A stretch of 64,000 nt of DNA from the NCBI GenBank assembly GCA_965222075.1, contig OZ244937.1, forward strand, positions 2,176,001 to 2,240,000. Direction: 5' to 3'. A model generated the notes under the pieces. The model had not been told where the DNA came from, searched no databases, and saw only the letters and a list, made by a program, of their open reading frames with translations. This DNA is from Candidatus Latescibacterota bacterium. GTDB taxonomy: Bacteria; Latescibacterota; UBA2968; GCA-2709665. The translations under genes were made by a program, and so were the position numbers. The stretch's first letter is position 1. Each line of letters starts with the position of its first letter. Positions 37,772-47,506 of this stretch are shown here, one piece after another.

Positions 37772-38329
37772 TCAGACTTCCATAATCTCCTTTTCTTTTC
37801 CCTCCAGAATCTCGTCGACTTCCCCGACAAACGCATCGGTCAGCTTCTGAACCTGTTCCTGGCCCCGTTTGGCGTCATCCTCGGGGACCTCGCCATCCTT
37901 CCGGGCCTCTTTGAGCAGGTCGTTGGCATCACGGCGGGCGTTTCGAATAGAAACCCGACCCTCTTCCGCCATCTGCCGCACCACCCGCACCAGTTCCTCC
38001 CGACGCTCCTCGGTCAGCTGCGGAATCGGCAACCGGATGATACTGCCGTCATTGGAAGGCACCAGACCCAGGTTCGAGGCCAGAATAGCCTTTTCAACGG
38101 CGGGAATGGCGCTCTTGTCCCAGGGCTGAATTGTAATCAGGCGGGGTTCTGGCACTCCCATATTGGCCACCTGATTGATCGGAACCTGAGACCCGTAGTA
38201 CTCTACCCGAATCGCATCTAAAAGGGCCATATTGGCCCGGCTGGTACGGACCGTGGCGGTTTCGTACCGAAAGGCCTCTACGGACTTCCGCATTGCACGC
38301 CTGGTATCGGCAAGAATTTCATCAACCAA
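37772..38329 (-). CDS. frr: ribosome recycling factor
   Basis: RT.RAN, VEYYG, IQPWD, PQLTEERR, IRNARRDAN. Confidence 0.97.
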   Translation of the reverse strand: MVDEILADTRRAMRKSVEAFRYETATVRTSRANMALLDAIRVEYYGSQVPINQVANMGVPEPRLITIQPWDKSAIPAVEKAILASNLGLVPSNDGSIIRLPIPQLTEERREELVRVVRQMAEEGRVSIRNARRDANDLLKEARKDGEVPEDDAKRGQEQVQKLTDAFVGEVDEILEGKEKEIMEV

Positions 38330-38401
38330 TGGCTACCCCCTTTGAAGCCGGCAAACGGCAAACGGCCCCCACCACAGGTAAAAATCCACGTTTCACGGCC
38401 T

Positions 38402-39004
38402 TTACCCGCTCTCTTCACCCAGCACGTATCGCACAAAACGCCGAATGCTCACATTTTCACCGCTCTTGGCCGCAAGCTCCGTCTCCAGGTCTTTGACCGT
38501 CTTATCGAGATCCTTGACAAAGGGCTGCTCTAACAGACAGACCTCCTGGTAGTACTTTTCGAGACGCCCTTCCACAATCCGGTCGACCACGTTCTCCGGT
38601 TTCCCTTCCCCAAGGGCCTGCTCCCGGTAAATCCCGCGCTCCCTTTCCACGACCACAGGGTCCAGATCCTCTCGGCTAACCGCTAAGGGAGCATTCGCGG
38701 CAATATGCATGGCCACATCCCTGGCAAAGGCCTGAAACTCATCGGTTCGGGCCACAAAATCGGTCTCGCTGTTGACCTCGACCATCACCCCAAGCTTGTT
38801 TCCGGTATGGATGTAAGAGACAATAGCCCCCTCTCTGGCCGCCCGCCCCATACGGTCTTCCGCCTTGGCGATACCGCGCTTTCGAAGAACCTCGATCGCC
38901 CTCTCCATATCCCCGTCGGTTTCCTCAAGCGCACGTTTGCAATCCATCATCCCAACGTTGGTTTTTGCGCGCAACTCCTGAACCTGTTTTGCAGAAATTG
39001 CCAT
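38402..39004 (-). CDS. tsf: elongation factor Ts (short form)
   Basis: LR..T..GMMDCK.AL, EVNSETDFVA, GEN..IRRF. Confidence 0.97.
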   Translation of the reverse strand: MAISAKQVQELRAKTNVGMMDCKRALEETDGDMERAIEVLRKRGIAKAEDRMGRAAREGAIVSYIHTGNKLGVMVEVNSETDFVARTDEFQAFARDVAMHIAANAPLAVSREDLDPVVVERERGIYREQALGEGKPENVVDRIVEGRLEKYYQEVCLLEQPFVKDLDKTVKDLETELAAKSGENVSIRRFVRYVLGEESG

Positions 39005-39052
39005 AATCTCGTTCTCCCTGCAAGCATAAGCGCCGCGAACAATAATTGGTCT

Positions 39053-39829
39053 CTACTGGGTAATCTCTGTAATCTCAGGTCCCGATACGACCCCGGCTTC
39101 CGCCCTGCCCCCCTCTTCTGCAGGGGTCTGCGCCGAATGCTCTTTTCGGACTTTCTGACCTTCGATCACGGCATCGGCCATAAGCCGGGTAATCAGGGCA
39201 ATAGACCGGATGGCATCGTCGTTGCCTGGAATAGGATAGTCGATCTCGTCGGGATTACAGTTGGTATCTACAATGGACACAATGGGGATCTCCAGACGGT
39301 TGGCCTCTCCCACGGCAATCTTCTCCTTCTTGGTATCCACAATAACGACCAGCCCCGGCAGGCGCCCCATATTTCGGATTCCACTCAGAGACTTCTCAAG
39401 CTTACCCCGTTCTCTGTCCAGTTGCAAAACCTCTTTCTTCGTCAGGCGCTCGTAAGAACCGTCTGTACCCATCTTATCTAAGGCTTCAAGACGCCGAATA
39501 CTCTGACGAATGGTTTGAAAATTGGTCAGCATCCCGCCCAACCAGCGCTCGGTAACATGGAACATGTCGCATCGCTCAGCTTCACGGAGAACCACATCTT
39601 GGGACTGCTTTTTGGTGCCGACAAAAAGAACCGGTTTGCCGTTTTCGACAGCTTCACGCACGACCTGATAGGCCTGTTCGATATGTCTCAGTGTTTTTTG
39701 AAGATCGATAATATAAATGCCGTTGCGTTCTGTAAAAATATACTTCTTCATTTTCGGGTCCCACCTGCGCGTCTGGTGCCCGAAATGCACCCCGGCTTCA
39801 AGGAGCTCCTTCATCGTAACAACAGCCAT
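39053..39829 (-). CDS. rpsB: 30S ribosomal protein S2
   Basis: [28 protein letters not shown]. Confidence 0.98.
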   Translation of the reverse strand: MAVVTMKELLEAGVHFGHQTRRWDPKMKKYIFTERNGIYIIDLQKTLRHIEQAYQVVREAVENGKPVLFVGTKKQSQDVVLREAERCDMFHVTERWLGGMLTNFQTIRQSIRRLEALDKMGTDGSYERLTKKEVLQLDRERGKLEKSLSGIRNMGRLPGLVVIVDTKKEKIAVGEANRLEIPIVSIVDTNCNPDEIDYPIPGNDDAIRSIALITRLMADAVIEGQKVRKEHSAQTPAEEGGRAEAGVVSGPEITEITQ

Positions 39830-39851
39830 TGATACCTCCTGAACATATACT

Positions 39852-39928
39852 GGGTTTATCCTCTGTACCCGTCATCTCGCAGCCCCGTCAGAGATCGACA
39901 CCCAAGCCGCGATCGGGATACATGTGAA
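39852..39928 (-). promoter_or_regulatory. rpsB 5' leader (t44 / S2-autoregulatory-like RNA)
   Basis: CACATGTATCC...GGGTGTC...GGGTACAGAGGATAAACCC, the pattern I recall for rpsB leaders. Confidence 0.65.
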
Positions 39929-39995
39929 TTTGGCACACCCCTCAGGGATGCCTGTAAAGCCATGCAGCCTGTCAGGTTAGACGCTATGAACAGGC

Positions 39996-40388
39996 TTACC
40001 GCTTGGAGAACTGGAAGCGTTTGCGTGCACCGGGCTGCCCCGGCTTTTTACGCTCTACCTCTCGGGCATCGCGCGTTAGCATACCGGCCGCTCGGAGCGG
40101 TTTTCTCAGATCTTCGTCCATAGCCAGAAGACTCCGGGCAATGCCCAGGCGGATCGCGCCCGCCTGACCGCTTAAGCCTCCCCCTTTGGCGCGGGCTACG
40201 ATGTCGTACCTCCCCATCGACTCCGTGATCTGGAGAGGGCGTTCCACCAGCAGCACCAGCGTCTCTCGCTTCAGATAATCCAGGACCGGTCTTCCGTTAA
40301 CCGTAATCTGGCCGGAACCGGAGAAAACCTGAACGTTCGCTGTCGCGTTTTTGCGTCGACCTGTAGCAGAAACAAGTGGTTCGGGCAA
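39996..40388 (-). CDS. rpsI: 30S ribosomal protein S9
   Basis: TGRRK, GGG.SGQAGAIR, VERKKPG...ARKRFQFSKR. Confidence 0.98.
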   Translation of the reverse strand: MPEPLVSATGRRKNATANVQVFSGSGQITVNGRPVLDYLKRETLVLLVERPLQITESMGRYDIVARAKGGGLSGQAGAIRLGIARSLLAMDEDLRKPLRAAGMLTRDAREVERKKPGQPGARKRFQFSKR

Positions 40389-40432
40389 AAAGTCACCTCC
40401 TTTCGCCAGCCATTGGAAAGATCCGAATCCGA

Positions 40433-40867
40433 TCAGGCAAAATCGATCGGCTCGGGACTCTGGCTTTGATGCGGATGCTCGGCCCCCACATAGATCCGGA
40501 CCTTCTTCATCATCTTGCGGCCCAGCCTGTTGCGCGGAAGCATGCCTTTAATAGCGTGTTCTAATACAAACTCGGGCTGGGTCTCAAGTAACCTTTTGAG
40601 GCTTTTGGTCTTGAGCCCCCCCGGATATCCGCTGTAGCTCGTGTAAACCTTATCCTCGGGTTTGTTGTTGCCCGTAACACGGATTTTACCGGCGTTGACG
40701 ATCACCACGTGATCGCCGGTATCGATATGGGGGGTATAAATCGGTTTGTGTTTCCCTCTGAGTATCCTGGCCACTTCGCTTGCAAACCGCCCCAGCACCT
40801 TCCCTTTTGCATCGGCCACGTACCATTTTCGTTCCACGTCGCTCGCTTTGGCGCTCATCGTCTTCAT
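40433..40867 (-). CDS. rplM: 50S ribosomal protein L13
   Basis: LGR.AS, GKHKP.YTPH.DTGD, GMLP.N.LGR. Confidence 0.98.
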   Translation of the reverse strand: MKTMSAKASDVERKWYVADAKGKVLGRFASEVARILRGKHKPIYTPHIDTGDHVVIVNAGKIRVTGNNKPEDKVYTSYSGYPGGLKTKSLKRLLETQPEFVLEHAIKGMLPRNRLGRKMMKKVRIYVGAEHPHQSQSPEPIDFA

Positions 40868-40952
40868 ATCCAGACGGCGTCATCCATGGGAAATGCCGCC
40901 CTTATGTCACCTCCTCTCTCACTCAGCTGTAAATTTAGGTGTTAAGCTTCAA

Positions 40953-40980
40953 AAGATATATATCAACATTTTTTTGTCAA
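40953..40980 (-). promoter_or_regulatory. rplM operon promoter
   Basis: TTGACA-16 bp-TATCTT in an AT-rich stretch. Confidence 0.6.
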
Positions 40981-41014
40981 GGAATAATCCGGCCGGAACA
41001 GCGCCTCTGGAGAC

Positions 41015-41069
41015 AAAAAAGCGCCACACGACGGGAGACCGGTTGCCCGATCACATCTCCGTGCGGCGC
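41015..41069 (-). terminator. intrinsic terminator
   Basis: GCGCCGCACG...CGTGTGGCGC stem with a GCAA-capped apical stem, followed by T6. Confidence 0.75.
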
Positions 41070-41213
41070 AATACGTTCGACAGCCTCCATCTCACGGAAC
41101 CTCAAACTGCTGATGGCCCGCCGAGATGACGAATTGCGTGTCGTTCGGTGACTGTTTAGATTCGCCAGGTGCGCTACCGATCGAGATGTAGATCCCGCTC
41201 CTGGCGAGCGCAT

Positions 41214-41249
41214 CTAACTACAGCCACCTCCACTGGTCGTATCGCTCAT
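41214..41249 (-). CDS. 11-aa micro-ORF MSDTTSGGGCS
   Basis: ATG directly after an exceptionally long SD; TAG stop inside hairpin 1. Confidence 0.4.
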   Translation of the reverse strand: MSDTTSGGGCS

Positions 41250-41277
41250 TAGACCACCTCCTTTCTGTGTAATCGAA

Positions 41278-41306
41278 AATATAGGGTATCCCCAGGAGGA
41301 AGTCAA
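41278..41306 (-). promoter_or_regulatory. sigma70-like promoter of the small RNA
   Basis: TTGACT-17 bp-TATATT. Confidence 0.7.
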
Positions 41307-41376
41307 TCGCTTTTTCTCCATCGCCCGGCACCCCCCACCCCTCCCGGCACCGCCAAAGTTCAAGTCGGAACTTTTT

Positions 41377-42273
41377 TTATGTCCGTGGATCCAGCACATC
41401 CCTCAGCCCGTCGCCCAAGAGGTTAAACGCCAGAACGGTCAGAAAGATGGCAAGGCCGGGAAAGGTCAGCACCCAGGGGGCGCTCAGAATCAACTCCCGT
41501 CCCTCGTTCAGCATGGCGCCCCACTCCGGGGTTGGCGGCTGCGCTCCCAGGCCCAGAAAGCTGAGACCTGCGGCATCTAAGATAGCGGTGGCCAGTCCAA
41601 GCGTCGACTGGACAATCAGGGGGGGCAGACAGTTGGGAAGCACAGCGAACACGAGAACCCGCAGGTCTCCCGCCCCAAGGGCCCGAACCGCCTGCACATA
41701 GTCCTTCTCCCGCACCGAAAGGGCCGAGGCACGCACCAGCCGGGCATACTGGGGCACCGCCACAATCCCCACGGCCAGCATGGCATTGTCCAGGCCTGGG
41801 CCCAGAACGGCCACAATCCCGATTGCCAAGAGGATGCTTGGAAAGGCCAGCATCAGATCCATAGCCCGCATCAGCGCCTGATCCAGCAGGCCGCCCCAGT
41901 ACCCCCCCGTAAGCCCGATGGCCGTCCCCAGAATCAGGGCGATCAGCACCGCGACCACTCCGATCCGCAACGAGATCCGGGACCCGAAAATCACCCGGCT
42001 CAGAATATCCCGGCCAAAATCGTCCGTGCCGAAGGGGTGTGTCGGAGACGGTGGAGAAAGCCGGCTGTAGAGATCCTGTTCCAGCGGATCATAGGGCGCA
42101 GCCAGCGGCGCGGCAAGGGCCAGCAGCAAGAACCCCAGCAGCAGCACACCGCCCGCCACAGCAAGGCGGTTTACCCCCAGCCGCCGCCACAGCATCCCCC
42201 CCCACCCTTCCGACTGGCCTATTTGTGAAACATCAGTCGTTGGTACTATCATATACAGGCTTCTCCACACCAC
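41377..42273 (-). CDS. dppC: peptide/nickel ABC transporter permease (DppC-like)
   Basis: HPFGTDDFGRD, AAGLSFLGLG, PEWG, NLLGDGLRD; start uncertain. Confidence 0.9.
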   Translation of the reverse strand: MVWRSLYMIVPTTDVSQIGQSEGWGGMLWRRLGVNRLAVAGGVLLLGFLLLALAAPLAAPYDPLEQDLYSRLSPPSPTHPFGTDDFGRDILSRVIFGSRISLRIGVVAVLIALILGTAIGLTGGYWGGLLDQALMRAMDLMLAFPSILLAIGIVAVLGPGLDNAMLAVGIVAVPQYARLVRASALSVREKDYVQAVRALGAGDLRVLVFAVLPNCLPPLIVQSTLGLATAILDAAGLSFLGLGAQPPTPEWGAMLNEGRELILSAPWVLTFPGLAIFLTVLAFNLLGDGLRDVLDPRT

Positions 42274-42355
42274 CCCCGGTTACAGGTCCCGGTCCCCTGT
42301 TCCTCCCCATCCTTTTTTGCCTCTGCCTTTAACCTGAAACGTGGAATCTGGAACT

Positions 42356-43363
42356 TTAGTTTTCGTACTTAATCCTCGGGTCCAACCATGCATACAGCAC
42401 ATCTGCAATCAGATTGATCACGACAAACGTCGCCGCAATCAAAAGCACCCCCCCCTGGATTGCCCTGAAATCCCGGGCATAGACCGCCAGCAGCAGCCAC
42501 CGCCCCACACCGGGCCAGGCGAAAATCGTCTCTGTAATCACCGCTCCCCCGAGGAGGTAGCCGAACTGTAAGCTGATCACTGTGAGCACCGGAATAAAGG
42601 CGTTTTTGAGCGCATGCCGAAAAATCACGACGCGTTCGGACAGCCCCTTGGCCCAGGCCGTGCGTACATAGTCCTCTTTGAGCACCTCCAGCAGGCTGGA
42701 GCGGGTCATGCGCGCAATCACCGCCGCGGGAACCGTCCCCAGCGTCACCCCCGGCAGAACCAGGTGCCACAGGGCGTTGCCAAAAGCATAAAAATCTCCC
42801 ACCAGCAGGCTGTCTACCAGGTAGAGCCCCGTTGCGGAGGGAATAAAAACGTGGGCGCTCAGCCGACCCGACACTGGAAAAATGCCCAGGAAAAGCCCCA
42901 GCCCAAGGATCAGAACCAGCCCCAGCCAGAAAATCGGCATCGAAACGCCCACCAGCGAACCCAGCATCCCCACGTAGTCCAGCAAAGATCCCTTCCGGGT
43001 GGCCGAAAGCACACCCGCAACAATCCCCCCCACAATGGCCAGCATCATACTGACGAAGGTCAGTTCCAGCGTTGCCGGAAATCGGACCAGCAGTTCTACC
43101 GACACCCGTTCGTGGGTCTTGATCGACCGCCCCAGATCCCCTTGAAGCAGCCCTGATAGGTACCGGCCGAACTGCACGTAGAGGGGCTGGTCCAGCCCCA
43201 GTTGGCGGCGCAGCGTCTCCAGGCTCTGAGCGCTGGCCCGCTCCCCCAGCATCACCTGCGCAGGGTCTCCAGGCACCAGGTGGACCATCAGAAAAACCAG
43301 CACACTGATGCCCAGAAGCGTAGGAATCAACAGGAGCAGACGTTGAAGTACAAAAGCACGCAT
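42356..43363 (-). CDS. dppB: peptide ABC transporter permease (DppB-like)
   Basis: PGDPA, GLDQPL..Q, RHALKNA, ETIFAWPG, DPRI. Confidence 0.92.
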   Translation of the reverse strand: MRAFVLQRLLLLIPTLLGISVLVFLMVHLVPGDPAQVMLGERASAQSLETLRRQLGLDQPLYVQFGRYLSGLLQGDLGRSIKTHERVSVELLVRFPATLELTFVSMMLAIVGGIVAGVLSATRKGSLLDYVGMLGSLVGVSMPIFWLGLVLILGLGLFLGIFPVSGRLSAHVFIPSATGLYLVDSLLVGDFYAFGNALWHLVLPGVTLGTVPAAVIARMTRSSLLEVLKEDYVRTAWAKGLSERVVIFRHALKNAFIPVLTVISLQFGYLLGGAVITETIFAWPGVGRWLLLAVYARDFRAIQGGVLLIAATFVVINLIADVLYAWLDPRIKYEN

Positions 43364-43381
43364 ATTGTAAGATTTGGCCCT

Positions 43382-43407
43382 GTAGGGGCCGACCTGTGTG
43401 TCTGCCC
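43382..43407 (+). repeat. GTAG-class REP-like palindrome
   Basis: GTAG followed by GGGCCGAC-CTGTGT-GTCTGCCC hairpin, between dppA and dppB. Confidence 0.6.
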
Positions 43408-43436
43408 TGGTGCGGGGTGGGGGCCGCTGCCCGTTG

Positions 43437-44993
43437 CTACCGCACGATTTCCACGTTGTGAAACCACTTGCTGCCCGTTGGGTGAAGCCGGAACCCCTTC
43501 ACCACCTTCTTAAACGCGGCCGTCTGTGCCGCATGCACCAGGGGCACCCAGGGGGCGTCCCGGTGAACGATCACCTGCGCCTGCCGGTAAAGCGCCGTGC
43601 GGCGGGACATATCGACCTCTCGTTGCGCCTCCACCAGGACCTTATGGAGTTCCTCGCTCCGGTAAAATGCAATATTGCTCGCCGGGTGGACCGTCGCGCT
43701 CTTATCCAGCAGCACATAGAGGAAATTATCCGGATCGCCGTTGTCCCCCGTCCAGCCCAGAAGGGCCATGTCGTGCTGTCCGCGCTGGATCTTGTCCAGA
43801 TACGTCCCCCACTCGAAACTCCTGATCTCCGCCTCGATGCCCACCTCCCTCAAATTGGCCTGAATGGCTTGCGCAATCTTCAACGGTTGAGGCATATAAG
43901 GCCTGGGCACCGGCATGGCCCACAGGGTCGTCTTAAATCCGTTGGGATACCCCGCCTCGGCCAGAAGTTGCCGCGCCTGCTCGGGGTCGTATCCATATCC
44001 GTCGATGCCTTCGTGGTAGCTCCACAGCGTAGGCGGAATCGGATTCACAGCCGGCAGGGCCAGCCCCTGGTAAAGGTTGTCCACCAGCGCCTGCTTGTTG
44101 ATCGCGTGGTTCACGGCCCGGCGGACCTTGAGCAGGCCGAACGGCTGCCGGTCCATATTCATCGCCAGGTAGCCCACATTCATCCCGGACTGCGACAAGA
44201 GCTGGAGTTTTGGATCGGCCTCGATATTGGGCATAAAATCGGGCACCAGGTTGTCCATTCCGTCAATCGAGCCCTGTATCAGCGCAATCAGACGCACCGA
44301 ATTTTCCGGAATACTCCTGAAGATGAGCCGGTCGACCCCGGGCGGGGGGCCCCAGTAGTCCGCATTGCGTTCCAGCACAACCCGATCGTCTTTGATCCAT
44401 TCCACAAACCGGAACGGCCCCGTACCCACCGGATGCCGGGGATAGTCGCTGGCCCACTTCCGCACGGCGGCGGGACTGACAATCCCGCAGAAATTCATCG
44501 CCAAGTTCGAAAGAAAAGGCGCATTAGGCCGCTTCAGTTCGATCTCCACCCGATAATCGTCCACCTTCCGCATGTCCTTGACAATATCGCTCATCGACAT
44601 GCTGTTCCAGTACTGATACGCCCCTTCCACGTGGTGGAAGGGGTGGTCGGTCATAAACTGCCGGCCCAGCGAAAAGACCACCGCATCGGCATTAAAGGGC
44701 GTACCATCGTGGAACACCACGCCCCGGCGCAGGTGGAACGTCCACGTCAACCCGTCTTCGGAAACCGTCCACGACTCGGCCAGACTCGGGATCAACTCGG
44801 TATTCTCCGGCTTAAAGTTCACCAGCGTATCGTAGATATTATCACAAACCTTGAACGACTCCCCGTCGGTCTCCAGCGCCGGATCCAGACCCACCGAATC
44901 CCCCCCACGGCCGAACACAAGCGTGCGATTCTCCTGCTGACCGCAGGAAACAACACACAGGAAAAGCACGGTAAACAGCCAGCGCATGTACAT
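43437..44993 (-). CDS. dppA: dipeptide ABC transporter substrate-binding lipoprotein (DppA-like)
   Basis: Lipobox VVSC; LAESW, FHDGTPFNA, GTGPF, RPYMP, GWTGDNGDPDNF. Confidence 0.92.
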   Translation of the reverse strand: MYMRWLFTVLFLCVVSCGQQENRTLVFGRGGDSVGLDPALETDGESFKVCDNIYDTLVNFKPENTELIPSLAESWTVSEDGLTWTFHLRRGVVFHDGTPFNADAVVFSLGRQFMTDHPFHHVEGAYQYWNSMSMSDIVKDMRKVDDYRVEIELKRPNAPFLSNLAMNFCGIVSPAAVRKWASDYPRHPVGTGPFRFVEWIKDDRVVLERNADYWGPPPGVDRLIFRSIPENSVRLIALIQGSIDGMDNLVPDFMPNIEADPKLQLLSQSGMNVGYLAMNMDRQPFGLLKVRRAVNHAINKQALVDNLYQGLALPAVNPIPPTLWSYHEGIDGYGYDPEQARQLLAEAGYPNGFKTTLWAMPVPRPYMPQPLKIAQAIQANLREVGIEAEIRSFEWGTYLDKIQRGQHDMALLGWTGDNGDPDNFLYVLLDKSATVHPASNIAFYRSEELHKVLVEAQREVDMSRRTALYRQAQVIVHRDAPWVPLVHAAQTAAFKKVVKGFRLHPTGSKWFHNVEIVR

Positions 44994-45048
44994 AGGAACG
45001 CCCCATAAGAAGGGGTCAGCAATCACTGACCACCCACCAACCCACCAC

Positions 45049-46050
45049 TCACTTCTCCGAAAACGCGGCGTCGAACGCCACTCCGGAGGATTCGAAATCG
45101 ATGCTGTTCACAAATGCGCAGGCCTCGGCCGCCCCGTGCTCCCGGTCCATCCCCGAGTCCTCCCACTCCACGGACAGCGGGCCGTTGTAGCCGATATCGT
45201 TCAGTGTCCGAATAATCTCCTCGAAATCCACACTCCCCCTTCCCAGCGACCGGAAATCCCACGATCGGTTCGGATCTCCAAAGTTCGTATGCCCCCCAAA
45301 CACACCTGCGCGCGTGGGCAGAGGCGAGGCGTAAACATCCTTCATATGGACGTGATAAATCCGATCGCCGAACTCCCGGATAAATCCGACGTAGTCCACA
45401 TTCTGGTAAAGCAGATGGCTTGGATCGTAATTAAACCCGAACTCCTTCCGGTTCTTAAGCGCCTTCACCGCCCGCGCTGTCGATACGGTGTCAAACGCGA
45501 TCTCGGTCGGGTGGACCTCCAGCGCAAATTTGACCCTGTTCTTTTTAAACGCATCTAAGATTGGATTCCACCGGTCCGCAAAATCCTTGAACCCGGCCTC
45601 AATCGCCGCCGGATCAACGGGTGGGAAAGCGTAGAGCAGGTGCCAGATCGAAGACCCGGTGAACCCGTTCACCACCTTCACCCCCAGCGCCTTCGCCGCC
45701 TCGGCCGTCACTTGCATCTCCCTGGCCGCGCGCCGCTTCACCTGCTCCGGCTTCCCGTCGCCCCATACCCTGGGCGGCAGAAGCGCCGCGTGGCGTTCAT
45801 CGATATGATCACACACCGCCTGTCCCACCAGGTGGTTGCTAATCGCCCAGAACGTCAGCCCGTACTTCTCTAAAATCTCGTGCCGGCTCCGGCAATACCT
45901 GTCGCTCGACGCTGCCTTGCGCACGTCTAAGTGGTCGCCCCAGCAGGCGAGTTCCAGACCGTCGTAGCCCCAATCGCTCGCCTTCTGTGCAAGCGCCTCA
46001 AGCGGCAGGTCCGCCCACTGGCCGGTAAATAATGTACACGGTCTTGCCAT
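45049..46050 (-). CDS. sugar phosphate isomerase/epimerase
   Basis: [41 protein letters not shown]. Confidence 0.9.
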   Translation of the reverse strand: MARPCTLFTGQWADLPLEALAQKASDWGYDGLELACWGDHLDVRKAASSDRYCRSRHEILEKYGLTFWAISNHLVGQAVCDHIDERHAALLPPRVWGDGKPEQVKRRAAREMQVTAEAAKALGVKVVNGFTGSSIWHLLYAFPPVDPAAIEAGFKDFADRWNPILDAFKKNRVKFALEVHPTEIAFDTVSTARAVKALKNRKEFGFNYDPSHLLYQNVDYVGFIREFGDRIYHVHMKDVYASPLPTRAGVFGGHTNFGDPNRSWDFRSLGRGSVDFEEIIRTLNDIGYNGPLSVEWEDSGMDREHGAAEACAFVNSIDFESSGVAFDAAFSEK

Positions 46051-46143
46051 AACAGATGCTCCTCCCAACTGCGGAGTGTGGATTGCAGATTGCGGAATGA
46101 AAGATAAAAAACCCGCAACTCCTTAAAGGGGGCCCCGGGGGGA

Positions 46144-47313
46144 TTATACCCTGGATACTTTCACCCACCGCTTCGACTTCGCCGACTGGACCGCCGCCTC
46201 CATTACCGCCTGGACCTTTGTCCCCTCTTTGAAGTCGGGCGACGCCTTCCGATCCCTGACGATCGCCTCGAAGAAATCCTTCACCTCGTGGACAAATGTA
46301 TGCTCCCAACCCACAAGGTGTCCCGGCGGCCACCATGCCGACATGTAGGGATGCGACCCTTCATTCACAATAATCTCCCGGAACCCCTGGACGTGCTCCT
46401 CGTCCTCCCGAGAATAGTACTGCAACTCGTTCATCTTCTCCAGGTTGAACGCAATGCTCCCCTTGCTGCCGTTGATCTCAAACCGGTTGTGGTTGCGCCT
46501 GCCGGCCGCGAATCGGGTCGCTTCGAACGAACCCAGCGCTCCATTCTTGAACCGGGCCAGAAACAGCGTGGCATCCTCCACCGTCACCGTCCCGGTCCTC
46601 TTTCCCCTGTCTCCCGTTGCCCCCAATGAGACGTCGATCGATGCTACAAGCGGGCGTTTCTGGATAAAGGTCGTATCCGCCCCCACAACCGTATCGATAT
46701 CCCCTACCAGGTGAAGCGCAAGGTCAATAATATGGGCGCCCAAATCCCCGAGTGGCCCAGAACCCGACAGGCGCTTCTTCAGGCGCCACACCAGCGGAAA
46801 ATCGGGATCGATAATCCAGTCCTGCAAATAAACCGCCCGCCAGTGATAAATCTGCCCGATCCGCCCCTCCTGAATCAGCTGCTTGGCCAGGGCTACCGCA
46901 GGCACCCGCCGGTAGTTGAAAGCCACCATCGTCTTTTGGTTCGACTTATTGGCAACCTTCAGAATTTCCTTCGCCTCTATTAAGTTGTTCGCCAGCGGCT
47001 TTTCACAAATCACGTGCTTGCCGGCCTTCAGCGCCTCAATCGCCATCGGTTTATGCATATTTCCGGGCGAACAGATATCCACTACATCGATATCCTCTCG
47101 CGCAACCACCCGCCGCCAGTTCGTCGCGTACTCCTCCCACCCAAACTGTGCCGCGGCCTGGCTCACCGCCTCCCGGTTCCGGCCGCAGATCACTTTCATC
47201 ACAGGTTCGACGCCGGTATCCGGGAAAAACATAGACACCTTACGAAACGCGTTGCTGTGCGCCTTCCCCATAAAGGAATAACCAATAAGCCCGATGTTCA
47301 ACTGTTTGGCCAT
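46144..47313 (-). CDS. Gfo/Idh/MocA oxidoreductase
   Basis: GYSFMGKAHS, GKHVICEKP, YLQDW, GDLGAH, WWPPGH. Confidence 0.92.
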   Translation of the reverse strand: MAKQLNIGLIGYSFMGKAHSNAFRKVSMFFPDTGVEPVMKVICGRNREAVSQAAAQFGWEEYATNWRRVVAREDIDVVDICSPGNMHKPMAIEALKAGKHVICEKPLANNLIEAKEILKVANKSNQKTMVAFNYRRVPAVALAKQLIQEGRIGQIYHWRAVYLQDWIIDPDFPLVWRLKKRLSGSGPLGDLGAHIIDLALHLVGDIDTVVGADTTFIQKRPLVASIDVSLGATGDRGKRTGTVTVEDATLFLARFKNGALGSFEATRFAAGRRNHNRFEINGSKGSIAFNLEKMNELQYYSREDEEHVQGFREIIVNEGSHPYMSAWWPPGHLVGWEHTFVHEVKDFFEAIVRDRKASPDFKEGTKVQAVMEAAVQSAKSKRWVKVSRV

Positions 47314-47506
47314 AATACCCTCCTTTGACCCACATCGCAACCAACCAAAAGCAGCGTCTCGTGAAACCCATCCAATATATCAATCCCTCTACTCTTGTCA
47401 ACGGATTTTGGAACCAGAACCTCAGTGAAAATCAGGATTCGCTTCACGCTTCGCAGCGGATCCTCGATAAAAAACGGGTCCTGCAACGCTTTTTCGATTC
47501 GGTAGT

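Larger units (their letters stand above)
41015..41272 (-). ncRNA. putative structured small RNA or micro-peptide mRNA with an extended anti-16S sequence
   Basis: Own promoter, AGAAAGGAGGTGGTCTA, 11-codon ORF, three long hairpins, terminator. Confidence 0.6.

Noticed and set aside
40977-41213. 78-aa ORF as a standalone protein, or pyrrolysine readthrough of the upstream TAG
   Set aside because: Ser/Arg-rich, overlies RNA hairpins and crosses the terminator; no pyl genes in the window
41250-41266. 16S rRNA gene fragment on the plus strand
   Set aside because: Similarity is limited to 17 nt with no helix 44/45 sequence; promoter and terminator point to the minus strand
41015-41272. 6S RNA, tmRNA, SRP or RNase P identity
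   Set aside because: Three separate hairpins rather than one bubbled rod; no tRNA-like ends, tag peptide or conserved SRP/RNase P motifs seen
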